Shown piece by piece: positions 20,113 through 29,514 of a DNA stretch of 64,000 nt. The first letter of the stretch is position 1, and each line of letters opens with the position of its first letter. The stretch is taken from positions 288,001 to 352,000 of the forward strand of contig CAXXDV010000003.1 in the NCBI GenBank assembly GCA_963674745.2, written 5' to 3'. The notes under the pieces are model-generated. The model was given only the letters and a program-made list of their open reading frames with translations, made no database searches and was not told where the DNA came from. The translations under genes and the position numbers were made by a program. The stretch comes from Desulfosudaceae bacterium. GTDB taxonomy: Bacteria; Desulfobacterota; Desulfobacteria; Desulfobacterales; Desulfosudaceae.

Positions 20113-20898
20113 ATGATGAAAAAAAATGGCATGTTGTTAATCACAATGGTTTTTCTGTTTACCGCCTCGCCGTCCTGGGCGACGCTGGAAATGGGTATCG
20201 GTGCCTGGAATCAGAATATCGAGGGTGATATTTCCTATTCGCTTTTCAACAATGTTACTGATGAGGCTGATCTGCATCGGGACCTGGATCTTAAAAAAGA
20301 TACCCGTGGCACCGGGTATTTAAAGCTGGAACTGCCGGTACTGCCGAGTCTTTATCTGGGCTTTACCCCCATGTCGTATAAAGGTACGGACGTGATGGAT
20401 CGGCCGTATAATTTCGGGCACTACACTTTTCTGGAGGATCGGCTGCTGGATACCCGTATGAAATTAAATCATTTCGACATTGGATTGTACTACAGCCTTA
20501 CCATGCCGGATCTGGCCGGGTTAAAACAGGTCAAGCTGGATCTGGGACTGGATCTGCGTACGGCTGAACTTGACGTGTCCGTAACCGGCACGGTCGCAAC
20601 CGGCAACGGTGAAAAACGGGTTCGGGAAGCGGAAGATTATACGCTGCCCATTCCCATGCTTTATGCTGCGGTCCAGATTACGCCCGCGGAAAAAATTTCT
20701 CTGGAATTTGAAGGGCGGGGCGTGTCTCTGGGCGGGGATGATCTGGTCAGCCTGCTGGGCAAGGTAAAGTACCGCATCCATGGGGCGTTGTTTATCGCCG
20801 CCGGCTACCGGTATGATTACATCCGCCTGGATGAAGACGATCTTAATATTGACAGTACCGTCAGCGGCATCTTTTGCGAAACCGGCCTGGAGTTCTAG
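20113..20898 (+). CDS. Outer-membrane beta-barrel protein (TIGR04219-like)
   Basis: Signal peptide, GIGAWNQ..GD, PVLPSLYL.FTP, LPIPMLY, GYRY, and a terminal Phe (GLEF). Confidence 0.7.
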   Translation: MMKKNGMLLITMVFLFTASPSWATLEMGIGAWNQNIEGDISYSLFNNVTDEADLHRDLDLKKDTRGTGYLKLELPVLPSLYLGFTPMSYKGTDVMDRPYNFGHYTFLEDRLLDTRMKLNHFDIGLYYSLTMPDLAGLKQVKLDLGLDLRTAELDVSVTGTVATGNGEKRVREAEDYTLPIPMLYAAVQITPAEKISLEFEGRGVSLGGDDLVSLLGKVKYRIHGALFIAAGYRYDYIRLDEDDLNIDSTVSGIFCETGLEF

Positions 20899-20978
20899 GC
20901 GCTCGTTTAAGTGGAATGTGTGACTGGACGTGAATGATCATAAAGTCGATTTTGCACAGATAGAGAACCGGCAACGGG

Positions 20979-21482
20979 TCAACTGGCAAAATCAGCCACA
21001 CATTTATTCAGACAGGAACGGCATGTCTTTCGGTCTAATTTGCCTGCTGAGCAATAGTCCACGTAAGCCTCGATCCAGTCCGCTCCGGCCCTGGGGCAGT
21101 TGTCGATAAACTGGATGAATTTGACTAGGCTGTTGACTGTTTCCGTGTCCATGACATGTTCCATGTGGCAGGCGGTAGCGTCCGCCTTGTCATCACCGAT
21201 TTGCAACACCCGGGACAGGAAGTCTTTGATGACCCTGTGCCGACGTTCGATTTCCCGGCCAATTTTTCGCCCCGCAGAGGTCAGCGTGATATAACTGTAA
21301 GGTTCGTAATTGACCAGCCCTTTTTCTGCCAGAACCTTGAGCGCACTTGTGACCGATCCCCGTTGAACACCGATGGCTTCGGCAATGTCTTTCTGCCTGG
21401 CAACTTTATCGGTAGTCTCCAGACGAAGAATGGCCTCCAGATAATCTTCCAGACTTTCGGAAAGAGGATTTTTCTTGTCCAT
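20979..21482 (-). CDS. DtxR/MntR family metal-dependent repressor
   Basis: SESLEDYLEAI, GSVTSAL..L.EKGLVNYEPY, RRH..I..FL, ACHMEH, and a Cys-rich tail. Confidence 0.9.
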   Translation of the reverse strand: MDKKNPLSESLEDYLEAILRLETTDKVARQKDIAEAIGVQRGSVTSALKVLAEKGLVNYEPYSYITLTSAGRKIGREIERRHRVIKDFLSRVLQIGDDKADATACHMEHVMDTETVNSLVKFIQFIDNCPRAGADWIEAYVDYCSAGKLDRKTCRSCLNKCVADFAS

Positions 21483-21542
21483 ATTTTCTTCCTTTTTAAA
21501 GTTTTTACAGTCTATCTGAGCATATTTTATAAGTTAAAACAA

Positions 21543-21599
21543 AAAAAGTTGGCTATGGCAAACTTTTTTATTGACAAATAAGTTTGAAATACCTAACTT
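21543..21599 (+). promoter_or_regulatory. feo promoter with two DtxR/MntR-type operator palindromes
   Basis: AAAAAGTTGGCTATGGCAAACTTTTT (21543-21568) and AAGTTTGAAATACCTAACTT (21580-21599) flank TTGACA (21571-76), followed by 17 nt and TAACTT. Confidence 0.7.
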
Positions 21600-21641
21600 T
21601 GTAATTCAAATAAAACACTAACTGCCGTGAAAAGAGAGGGT

Positions 21642-21923
21642 ATGATGACAATCAACATGAGAAAAATGCAAAAAAATCAGACTGGAACCATCGTTGCCGT
21701 TAAAGCCGATCGTGAGTTGGGCAGGCGAATAAGGGACATGGGCCTCGTACCGGGGACTGAGATTAGGGTCCAGGGCCGGGCACCGCTATATGATCCGGTG
21801 TCGTTACGGCTCAAAGGATTTACGCTGACGCTTCGCAATAACGAAGCAAATTTTATCGATGTCAAAATTAGTCGAAAGGGGAAAGACGAAAACAATGAAC
21901 GCAACCATCGCTTTGGCCGGTAA
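21642..21923 (+). CDS. feoA: Ferrous iron transport protein A
   Basis: RRIRDMGLVPGTEI.V.GRAPLYDP...LTLRNNEA. Confidence 0.9.
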   Translation: MMTINMRKMQKNQTGTIVAVKADRELGRRIRDMGLVPGTEIRVQGRAPLYDPVSLRLKGFTLTLRNNEANFIDVKISRKGKDENNERNHRFGR

Positions 21924-24105
21924 TCCCAATTCCGGCAAAACAACACTTTTTAACGCGCTTACCGGCGCGAGGCAGCAGGTCGGCAATTATCCCGGTGTAA
22001 CGGTGGAAAAGAAACAGGGCGTATACAAAGCCGCTGAAAGCAATTTTACGATTGTTGACCTGCCGGGGACATATTCGCTGACGGCCTATTCACTGGAAGA
22101 GGTGGTGACCAGGGATTTTCTGGTTAATGAAAAGCCGGGGATGGTAATCAATATTGTGGATGCTTCCAATCTGGAACGCAATTTATATCTTTCACTTCAA
22201 TTCATGGAACTGGGTTTGCCGGTCTGTATCGCTTTGAACATGATGGATGTCGCCCGGGACAGGGGGATAGAAATCGATATTGATATGTTGTCCCGTCTCC
22301 TGGGCGTCCCGGTAATTCCAACAGTGGCCAGAAACGGTAAAGGTAAGAAGGCACTGATGGAGACAGTGGCGAGTCAAGTAATAACACCGAAACCATCGGT
22401 TCTCAGTATCTCATATGGTGCGGAAATCGACCATGCATTGGATGAAATAGAAAAAATTATTGAGAACACGGGTTTCATGAACCAGAAATATCCAAGCCGC
22501 TGGATCGCCTTAAAATATTTGGAAAACGATCAGCAGATTATGGAAAGAGGCCGTCAGGCTTCGTCTCTCTTGTCTGGAAAGATAGAACGGGTTGTTAAGA
22601 AATTAACCGATCATCTTGCCGATACCCTGGATACCTATCCTGAGGTGGTGATTGCAGATCAACGTTACGGATATATCAGTTCCTTATTGAAACAGGGTGT
22701 TGTCAAACACCAACAGGATATCAATCGCCTGCAGTTATCCGACAGGGTCGACCGGGTGGTGACCAACCGGTTTTGGGGGCCGATTATCATGGCAGCGGTT
22801 CTTATCGGTTTATATCAGTTTACTTTTACCTATAGCGAAATACCCGTTGGCTGGATAGAAGGATTGTTCGGCCACCTGGGCGTTCTGGCCGAAAGCCGCT
22901 TGTCTGACGGTTTACTCAAGTCTTTGGTCGTGTCCGGTATTATCGACGGCGTGGGTGGTGTTCTGGGATTTGTTCCACTGATCATGTTCATGTTTTTCGG
23001 GATTTCCATCCTGGAAGATTCCGGTTACCTGGCCAGGGTGGCATATATGCTGGACCGGATTTTTCGAATGTTCGGTCTGCATGGCAGTTCCGTCATGGCT
23101 TTTATCGTGTCCGGCGGCATTGCCGGCGGCTGCGCAGTGCCGGGTGTCATGGCCGCCCGTACCCTTAAATCTTCCCGGGAACGTCTGGCCACTCTGCTGA
23201 CCGTGCCGTTTATGAACTGCGGCGCAAAACTGCCGGTTTTTGCCCTGCTGGCAGCCGCGTTCTTCGCGGAAAACGAAGCCCTGGTGATGTTGGTGATAAC
23301 GCTCATTGCCTGGGTCGGGGCCCTGCTGGTCGCCAAACTGCTGAGAAGCACGGTGGTGAGGGGGGAATCAACACCGTTTGTGATGGAATTGCCGCCTTAT
23401 CGGCTGCCCACTTTCAGGGGGCTGATGATTCACACCTGGGAACGGACCTGGCAGTATATTAAAAAAGCGGGAACCGTGATTCTGGCCATATCCGTGCTGT
23501 TGTGGGCCATGATGACCTTTCCCGGATTACCCGATGCCGAAATCGACCGGTTTGCGCAGCAGCGGTCGAAATTGCTGGCCGGTGCCTCACCGGCGGTCAC
23601 AGCCGAAATCGAAGCCGGTGAAGACGGCACGGAATTGTCTTTAAAAGCCAGGATGCTGGCGGACCGGCTGACAGCCATCGAACAAAAACAAGCCGAGGCC
23701 GGGCTGCGACATTCTCTGGCCGGACGTATCGGTACTGGATTGGAAGGCCTTACCCGTCTGGCCGGATTTGACTGGCGGACCAATATCGCCCTGGTGGGCG
23801 GGTTTGCCGCCAAAGAAGTGGTGGTGTCGACCCTGGGTACGGCCTACTCGCTGGGAGAGGTCGACCCGGAAGAAGCCGGTGCGTTGTCGGACCGGCTGGC
23901 GGCCGCTCCCGGATGGAGCCCTCTGGTGGCCCTGAGCCTGATTGTTTTTACCATTTTTTACGCGCCCTGTTTTGTGGCCGTGGTATGTATCGCCAGGGAA
24001 GCCGGCTCCTGGAAATGGGGTGCTTTTTCCATGCTGTTTAATACCGCTCTGGCCTTCTGCCTGTCCGTGACCGTATTCCAGGTGGGTTCGTTGCTGGGGT
24101 ATTAG
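21895..24105 (+). CDS. feoB: Ferrous iron transport protein B
   Basis: GNPNSGKT, VGNYPGVTVE, DLPGTYSL, NMMD, EDSGY.AR, GCAVP, FVMELP.YR, APC. Confidence 0.95.
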   Translation: MNATIALAGNPNSGKTTLFNALTGARQQVGNYPGVTVEKKQGVYKAAESNFTIVDLPGTYSLTAYSLEEVVTRDFLVNEKPGMVINIVDASNLERNLYLSLQFMELGLPVCIALNMMDVARDRGIEIDIDMLSRLLGVPVIPTVARNGKGKKALMETVASQVITPKPSVLSISYGAEIDHALDEIEKIIENTGFMNQKYPSRWIALKYLENDQQIMERGRQASSLLSGKIERVVKKLTDHLADTLDTYPEVVIADQRYGYISSLLKQGVVKHQQDINRLQLSDRVDRVVTNRFWGPIIMAAVLIGLYQFTFTYSEIPVGWIEGLFGHLGVLAESRLSDGLLKSLVVSGIIDGVGGVLGFVPLIMFMFFGISILEDSGYLARVAYMLDRIFRMFGLHGSSVMAFIVSGGIAGGCAVPGVMAARTLKSSRERLATLLTVPFMNCGAKLPVFALLAAAFFAENEALVMLVITLIAWVGALLVAKLLRSTVVRGESTPFVMELPPYRLPTFRGLMIHTWERTWQYIKKAGTVILAISVLLWAMMTFPGLPDAEIDRFAQQRSKLLAGASPAVTAEIEAGEDGTELSLKARMLADRLTAIEQKQAEAGLRHSLAGRIGTGLEGLTRLAGFDWRTNIALVGGFAAKEVVVSTLGTAYSLGEVDPEEAGALSDRLAAAPGWSPLVALSLIVFTIFYAPCFVAVVCIAREAGSWKWGAFSMLFNTALAFCLSVTVFQVGSLLGY

Positions 24106-24116
24106 GAGATAGTCCG

Positions 24117-24347
24117 ATGGAAACCGTTATTATCATATTAATCGTAACCGCGGCCATGGTGTACTTTATCCGCAGATTTGTAAAATCATGCCGACAGGAA
24201 GGCGGTTGCCAGGGGTGCACAGCATGCAATTGCGGCGGTCCGGAGACTGGATCCTGCTGTGCGATGCAACCGGATATAAGAAATAATAAAAAAAACATTA
24301 TCATGACGGAAAGTCAACTCAATGAGAAACAGGCGCGGACACCATAA
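24117..24347 (+). CDS. FeoB-associated Cys-rich small membrane protein
   Basis: N-terminal TM helix followed by GGCQGCTACNC...CC. AGGAG RBS; directly after feoB. Confidence 0.75.
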   Translation: METVIIILIVTAAMVYFIRRFVKSCRQEGGCQGCTACNCGGPETGSCCAMQPDIRNNKKNIIMTESQLNEKQARTP

Positions 24348-24540
24348 CCCGCAAGGGCAATGCCTGGAAAACCAGGTTCGCTGTTGTTGTGGAAAACTGC
24401 TGGCAAAGCAGATCGATAACGGCGTTGTACTCAAGTGCACCCGGTGCAAGCGGGAAATTATCATCCGCTTTTCCGAGGCGGATCAGTCTTACGGTTCGGA
24501 TGACAGAGGAGATCCTGTTGTGATGCTTCCTGATGAGTAA
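24322..24540 (+). CDS. Mu Com-family Cys4 zinc-finger protein
   Basis: VRCCCGKLLAK...VVLKCTRCKREI matches the Mu Com pattern (IRC..C.KLL...IEIRCPRCKR). Overlaps the upstream ORF. Confidence 0.65.
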   Translation: MRNRRGHHNPQGQCLENQVRCCCGKLLAKQIDNGVVLKCTRCKREIIIRFSEADQSYGSDDRGDPVVMLPDE

Positions 24541-24629
24541 GTGAAAAATTTGATACAAAAAAACGGCTTTGAACGCGTAAGAAAAGCCGGCGGAATAATA
24601 GAGCGGCCAGCGGCCAATTTAGAGCCTAG

Positions 24630-24670
24630 CGCCCGAAACCGGAACATACCGGTATTCGGGCGTTTTTTTT
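24630..24670 (+). terminator. Intrinsic terminator between the Com-like gene and the porin
   Basis: CGCCCGAA-ACCGG / AACATA loop / CCGGT-A-TTCGGGCG followed by T8, ending 27 nt before the porin ATG. Confidence 0.85.
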
Positions 24671-24697
24671 GAAATACATATTTTAACAGAAAGAACG

Positions 24698-25813
24698 ATG
24701 AAAAGGATGAAGCAAATGAGACGAAAAGTGATGTTGGTATGTGGGTTAATGACGATGATGGTTTTCTCGGTCGGAACGACAGCCCGGGCCGGTACAGTAA
24801 TGTCGGAGATGGATATTAACCTGTCCGGTGTTATTGAGGCGGAAGCAGGGTTCTCCAGTGATTATGATAATAACGATACTGGTGACATCGTGCTGGCTAC
24901 CATGGCGTTCGCTGTTGATACGCGACTTAACGCCTGGTGTTCCGGACATGCTCTTTTCTTATGGGAGGAAGACGTTACAGAACCGGTCGATGTTGATGAA
25001 GGTTTTATAACAGTTGGCGGCAAAGACGCGTACCCGTTCTATTTTTCCGCTGGCAAATTGTATGTCCCTTTCGGTGTATATGAAACCAGCATGGTCTCAG
25101 ACCCTCTTACACTTGAAATCGGTGAAACACGTGAGAGCGCCTTGCAGGTCGGTGTCGGATATAACGGGTTTTACGGGGCGGTTTACGCGTTTAACGGGGA
25201 TGTTCAGGATACGACTGGTAACAGCGACGATACCATTGAAACATTTGGCGTTAACACCGGGTATTTTTTTGAAAATAACGAAATCAGCGTGGACCTGGGG
25301 ATTGACTGGATCAGTAATTTAATGGATTCGGACGGACTCGAAGGCGTTTTTCAGGATGCCCGGGATGTGTTTGCTGATGCTAACCCGAACGGTTCATTTG
25401 ATCTGGAAAGTTACGTTGCCGGTATCGGTGTTCATGCCATCGTCAATGTCGCATCGTTCAGCCTCATCGGTGAATACATTATTGTAACTGATGACGTGGA
25501 TTATGTTACCGACGACGGTGCAGGATTAATTACCACCATATCATCGGACAAGCCGATGGCTTTACACCTTGAAGGTGTCTTCACATTTGAGGCCATGGGA
25601 AGAGAAATGAGTCTGGCCGCGACCTGGCAGTCTACGGATAACCTGGGCGGGTTTCTGCCGGAAATACGCTACGGCGCCGCGGCAGGCATTGCCCTGGCCG
25701 GAAATCTGGGGCTTGCCATTGAGTATGTCCATGATGAGGATTACAGCGTAAATGACGGGGGGACGGATGAGAGTGCCGACACGTTTACCCTGCAGCTGGC
25801 GCTGGCGTTTTAA
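24698..25813 (+). CDS. LbtU-family outer-membrane porin
   Basis: Signal peptide, LSGVIEAEA, VDEGFI, GKLYVPFG...SDPLTLEIGETRE, and terminal TLQLALAF. Confidence 0.75.
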   Translation: MKRMKQMRRKVMLVCGLMTMMVFSVGTTARAGTVMSEMDINLSGVIEAEAGFSSDYDNNDTGDIVLATMAFAVDTRLNAWCSGHALFLWEEDVTEPVDVDEGFITVGGKDAYPFYFSAGKLYVPFGVYETSMVSDPLTLEIGETRESALQVGVGYNGFYGAVYAFNGDVQDTTGNSDDTIETFGVNTGYFFENNEISVDLGIDWISNLMDSDGLEGVFQDARDVFADANPNGSFDLESYVAGIGVHAIVNVASFSLIGEYIIVTDDVDYVTDDGAGLITTISSDKPMALHLEGVFTFEAMGREMSLAATWQSTDNLGGFLPEIRYGAAAGIALAGNLGLAIEYVHDEDYSVNDGGTDESADTFTLQLALAF

Positions 25814-25961
25814 CAGTCGAATGAAACAGTCGCCCAAAGCCATGACCGGCCGGAAAATCAGCCTCCTGAAATTCCGGCCGGCCCGCGTTTTTATGATCAG
25901 TTCCGGATTTTTTTACTACAGTTTCTGCCATCACTGGGCGATCTTGAAAACCGGCCTTGTT

Positions 25962-28900
25962 CTACCAACCGAAGGTAATACCGGCCCGTCCGGAAACTTC
26001 ACTGCTTGTGCTGGCCGAGATGCCGGCGTTGACCAGTATTCGGTTTTCTTTCACGTAGTGAAACATACCGGCGGCAATGGCCTGTCTCGATCCATACGTG
26101 CCCACACCGACCGAGACCTGCGTATCGCCGGCTGAGCGGGCATTCGGCACCAGGGCCGACAGGGCCGCTCCCATGGCGCCGACATCATCCATCCTGTCAT
26201 CAAGGTCGCTGAGCTTGTCGTGAATCGTTTTGATATTATGAAAATTGCGGTCAATATTGCCGGTGTTGGTCGCGATGCTGTCGCTGTTGGCCGCTATGTC
26301 GCCGGTGTTGTTGTCAACCCGGCTGTCGACGGTATCCAGTTGCTGTTTGTTGACGGCGTCGGTGCTGTTGACACCGGCCGCCATGTTGGTGACGCGCCGC
26401 TGGTTGTCGGTATTGCCGACAGAAACCGTGTCCGCTTCCGAGGCCACGGCATCTTTACCCAGGGCAACACTGTTGGTCGCGCCGGAGCGAACAGCCGCGT
26501 TCTGCCCGAGAGCGGTCCCGCCATCAGCATTTGCATCCACCCGGGTATCCGCACCCACGGCCACGCTGTTTTCAGAATCAATGCCAGCGTTGGTGCCCAG
26601 GGCGGTGCTGCCGTCGGCAATGACAACGGTGCCGCGCCCGATGGCGATATCGTTGGTCCTGGCAGAGGCACCCGGCCCGATGGCAATGGCACCGTCAAAT
26701 GAAGCGCTGGAAACGCCATCACTGCCGGTTGACAGCCATTCGAGATCGGCCAAGCCGTCAGCATTGGCGGCAATCGCCCGGGTGTTTCGGTCAATATTAT
26801 AGGTATTGTTAATTGAACCGGCAACCATGCCGCTCAACTGGCTGACGTTTACGGCATCGGTCGGGTCGATGCCGGCCGCAACGTTGGTGATACGACGTTC
26901 TGACCCGGCCGCGCCCACGGAAACGGTATTGTTCTGGGCGGCAACAGAACCGGCGCCCAGGGCTACCGAGTTGGTGCCTGTGACGACGGCACCCGTACCG
27001 ATACCGATATTGCCGGTGCCGGAAACCGTGGCGCCCATGGCCGCGAAGTTGCCGTCGCCGGTCACCGTGTTGCCGTTGCCGGACACAAAGTGGTTGTCGC
27101 CGGTGACACTGTTGCTGCTGCCGTACACCCCGTTGTAGCTGCTGTTGACGACATTGTCGCTGCCGATCACCCCGTTGCTGTTACTGTCATCCGCCAGGGT
27201 GTTGTTCTGGCCGCTGACCAGGTTAAAGCCGTTATCCTCTCCGAGAGAGTTGAACATGCCGCTGACGTTATTAAAGCCGCTGCCTTCGTCGAGGCGGTTG
27301 AACATCCCGCTGACATCGTTGGCGATGTTGCCGTCTTCAAGTTGATTGATAAATCCACCGACCCGGTTAAACCCATTGTTGTCTCCCAGGGAGTTGAATA
27401 CACCGCTGACCTGGTTGCCGGAGCTGGATTCTCCCAGGTTGTTATTCAGTCCGCTGACGTTGTTTTGAGAACTGCCGTCCCCCAGGGAGTTAAATCCGCC
27501 GCCAATGACATTCCGGTCATTGTCATTTCCGAGGGTATTGTTCATGCCGCCGACAAGGTTGCTGCCGTTGTCATCACCAAGGGTGTTTAATACGCCGCTG
27601 ACACTGTTCTGGTTGCTGCCGTTACCCAACCTGTTGAGTCCGCCGCCGACAACGTTTCGTTCATTCGCTTCTCCCAGGGTGTTGGAAAAACCGGTAACAC
27701 TGTTGTGCAGGTTGTCAATTGCCAGGGTATTGCTTTCGCCACTGACCAAATTGGAATCGTTGTTGTCCCCCAGGGTATTGAATTGACCACTGATGGCGTT
27801 ATGGAGGTTGTCATTGCCGAGGGTGTTGTTCTGGCCGCTGACAAGGTTCCGATCATTGTTGTTTCCCAGCGTATTATCGCCGCCGCCGACGATGTTCCGG
27901 GCACTTCCGTTACCCAGGCTGTTGTCCCTTCCACTGACGGCGTTGTTATTGTTCCTGTTGCCCAGGGTGTTGTTTCTTCCGCTGACGGCATTGTGGTCAT
28001 TATTATTGCCCAGGATATTGTTTCTTCCGCTGACGGCGTTGTTGGTGTTGTTGTTCCCCAGGGTGTTGCTCTCTCCGCTGACCGTGTTGGCAAAGGTGTC
28101 GTCTCCCAGGGTGTTGTATCCGCCGCCGACCGTGTTGGCAATATTGATTTGACCCAGTGTATGATACCCACCGCTGACATTGTTGCTGTCACTGCCTGAA
28201 TCAAGGCTGTTGAAGATGCCGCTGACATTGTTGTGATAGGTATTATCGTTCAGCCTGTTCATCATTCCGCCGACAGTGTTCCGGTCACTGTCATCTCCAA
28301 GGGAATTGAATATACCGCTGACCTGGTTGCTGCCGCTGCCGTTACCGATCCTGTTGTTGGCACCGCTGACACTGTTCTGGTTGGCACTGTCACCCAGCCT
28401 GTTGTTCCCGCCGCCGACAATATTCCGGTCGGCGTCACTCCCGAGGCTGTTTATTGTTCCGCCAACCAGGTTTGAACTGTTGTCATTAGACAGACTGTTG
28501 TTGACACCACCGACAATGTTCCGGTCACTGTTATCTCCCAGATTATTGTTCTCACCGCTGACGGCATTTGATTCATTGTCGCCGCCGAGGACGTTGTTCT
28601 CACCGCTGACCTGGTTTGAGTTGGTATTTGACGTGCCGGAGGTACCGAGGACATTGTTCACCCCGCTGACGGCATTGTAGTCGTTTCTGCCGTAGATGAA
28701 GTTGTTTTCACCATTGACGGCGTTCATGTCGCTGTTGTTGCCGATATCGTTTTGGGCACCGCTTAACAGGTTACCGACACTGTTGTTTCTTATACGGTTA
28801 TCCTCACCATGAATAATGTTGGCGCTGCTGTCGTCATTGATGATATTGTCCCGGCCGTCGATCAGGTTGGCATCACTGTTACTGCCAATCTGGTTGTTGG

Positions 28901-29078
28901 CCCCGTTTATTTCGTTTAACTGGCTGCCGGCACCGGGGCCCGTATTGCCGGGGCCGTTTATTTCATTGGCCGTGGCAGTTAAAGGCATTGCCAGGCCAAT
29001 ACAGGCCAACATGGCAATCAACATTGCCGGCCGGTATCTTTCAAATAATGTTTTTGCGCGTAGGGTTGACGGTTTCAT
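25962..29078 (-). CDS. YadA-like trimeric autotransporter adhesin with Asn-rich 14-aa repeats
   Basis: Signal peptide; long run of N.VSG.NN.LG repeats; SVALG head repeats; two necks (RRITNVAAG..TDAVN..QL); anchor GAMGAALS...VGVGTYG...AGITFGW. AAGGAGG RBS. Confidence 0.9.
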   Translation of the reverse strand: MKPSTLRAKTLFERYRPAMLIAMLACIGLAMPLTATANEINGPGNTGPGAGSQLNEINGANNQIGSNSDANLIDGRDNIINDDSSANIIHGEDNRIRNNSVGNLLSGAQNDIGNNSDMNAVNGENNFIYGRNDYNAVSGVNNVLGTSGTSNTNSNQVSGENNVLGGDNESNAVSGENNNLGDNSDRNIVGGVNNSLSNDNSSNLVGGTINSLGSDADRNIVGGGNNRLGDSANQNSVSGANNRIGNGSGSNQVSGIFNSLGDDSDRNTVGGMMNRLNDNTYHNNVSGIFNSLDSGSDSNNVSGGYHTLGQINIANTVGGGYNTLGDDTFANTVSGESNTLGNNNTNNAVSGRNNILGNNNDHNAVSGRNNTLGNRNNNNAVSGRDNSLGNGSARNIVGGGDNTLGNNNDRNLVSGQNNTLGNDNLHNAISGQFNTLGDNNDSNLVSGESNTLAIDNLHNSVTGFSNTLGEANERNVVGGGLNRLGNGSNQNSVSGVLNTLGDDNGSNLVGGMNNTLGNDNDRNVIGGGFNSLGDGSSQNNVSGLNNNLGESSSGNQVSGVFNSLGDNNGFNRVGGFINQLEDGNIANDVSGMFNRLDEGSGFNNVSGMFNSLGEDNGFNLVSGQNNTLADDSNSNGVIGSDNVVNSSYNGVYGSSNSVTGDNHFVSGNGNTVTGDGNFAAMGATVSGTGNIGIGTGAVVTGTNSVALGAGSVAAQNNTVSVGAAGSERRITNVAAGIDPTDAVNVSQLSGMVAGSINNTYNIDRNTRAIAANADGLADLEWLSTGSDGVSSASFDGAIAIGPGASARTNDIAIGRGTVVIADGSTALGTNAGIDSENSVAVGADTRVDANADGGTALGQNAAVRSGATNSVALGKDAVASEADTVSVGNTDNQRRVTNMAAGVNSTDAVNKQQLDTVDSRVDNNTGDIAANSDSIATNTGNIDRNFHNIKTIHDKLSDLDDRMDDVGAMGAALSALVPNARSAGDTQVSVGVGTYGSRQAIAAGMFHYVKENRILVNAGISASTSSEVSGRAGITFGW

Positions 29079-29175
29079 CGCATACCTCCTTATGTATGGG
29101 TAAAAAATTTAAGAACCTGTTTGCTCGGGCCGTTGGTTGGCCGGTAGAGGAGACTTAAAAGCCCTTATTCAGGAT

Positions 29176-29212
29176 AAAAAAAGGCCGGGTTACCTTTCCT
29201 GGGAACCCGACC
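29176..29212 (-). terminator. Intrinsic terminator within the adhesin 5' leader
   Basis: Minus strand GGTCGGGTTCCC-AGGAAA-GGTAACCCGGCC followed by T7. Confidence 0.75.
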
Positions 29213-29334
29213 ATAAACAAAATTTCGCTGTTTTGATGCCCCAATGAAAATCGTAAACAAAGCGCCTGTCATCCGGCAGGCCATATTGTGTTTTTGTTTG
29301 CGGTTTCCTTTCTTTTGTTTGTTATATTACTACT

Positions 29335-29363
29335 ATTATAGTATGTTTTTGAAATGATGTCAA
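29335..29363 (-). promoter_or_regulatory. Consensus sigma-70 promoter oriented toward the adhesin
   Basis: Minus strand TTGACA, 17-nt spacer, TATAAT (perfect consensus). Confidence 0.8.
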
Positions 29364-29514
29364 GGACTGCTACTTTTTATTAGTAAAATTAAATAGTTAG
29401 TTTGACGGACCGGTTTCGGGCGATACCCTTTTACATCAGGGGAGAGTTAGATACGCCTGGCCTGTCTTTCAACCAGTCAGGCACCCGATAAGATAATTGT
29501 CTTTCGCAACCTTA

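Noticed and set aside
19886..20116. Short ORFs over REP elements (also 1070-1309, 31037-31423, 31161-31343)
   Set aside because: Their VGAGPRACP/GGCPY-type peptides are translations of the repeats.
24322..24540. Prophage remnant implied by the Com-like gene
   Set aside because: There is no mom/methylase, structural, integrase or transposase gene nearby; it sits in a chromosomal feo operon.
27100..28970. 42-nt periodicity as a CRISPR array
   Set aside because: It lies in frame within the adhesin ORF, the repeats are degenerate at synonymous sites, and there are no unique spacers or cas genes.
29079..29330. c-di-GMP-I riboswitch in the adhesin leader
   Set aside because: No GGCAAA...GAAA...GACGCAAAG-type consensus is visible.
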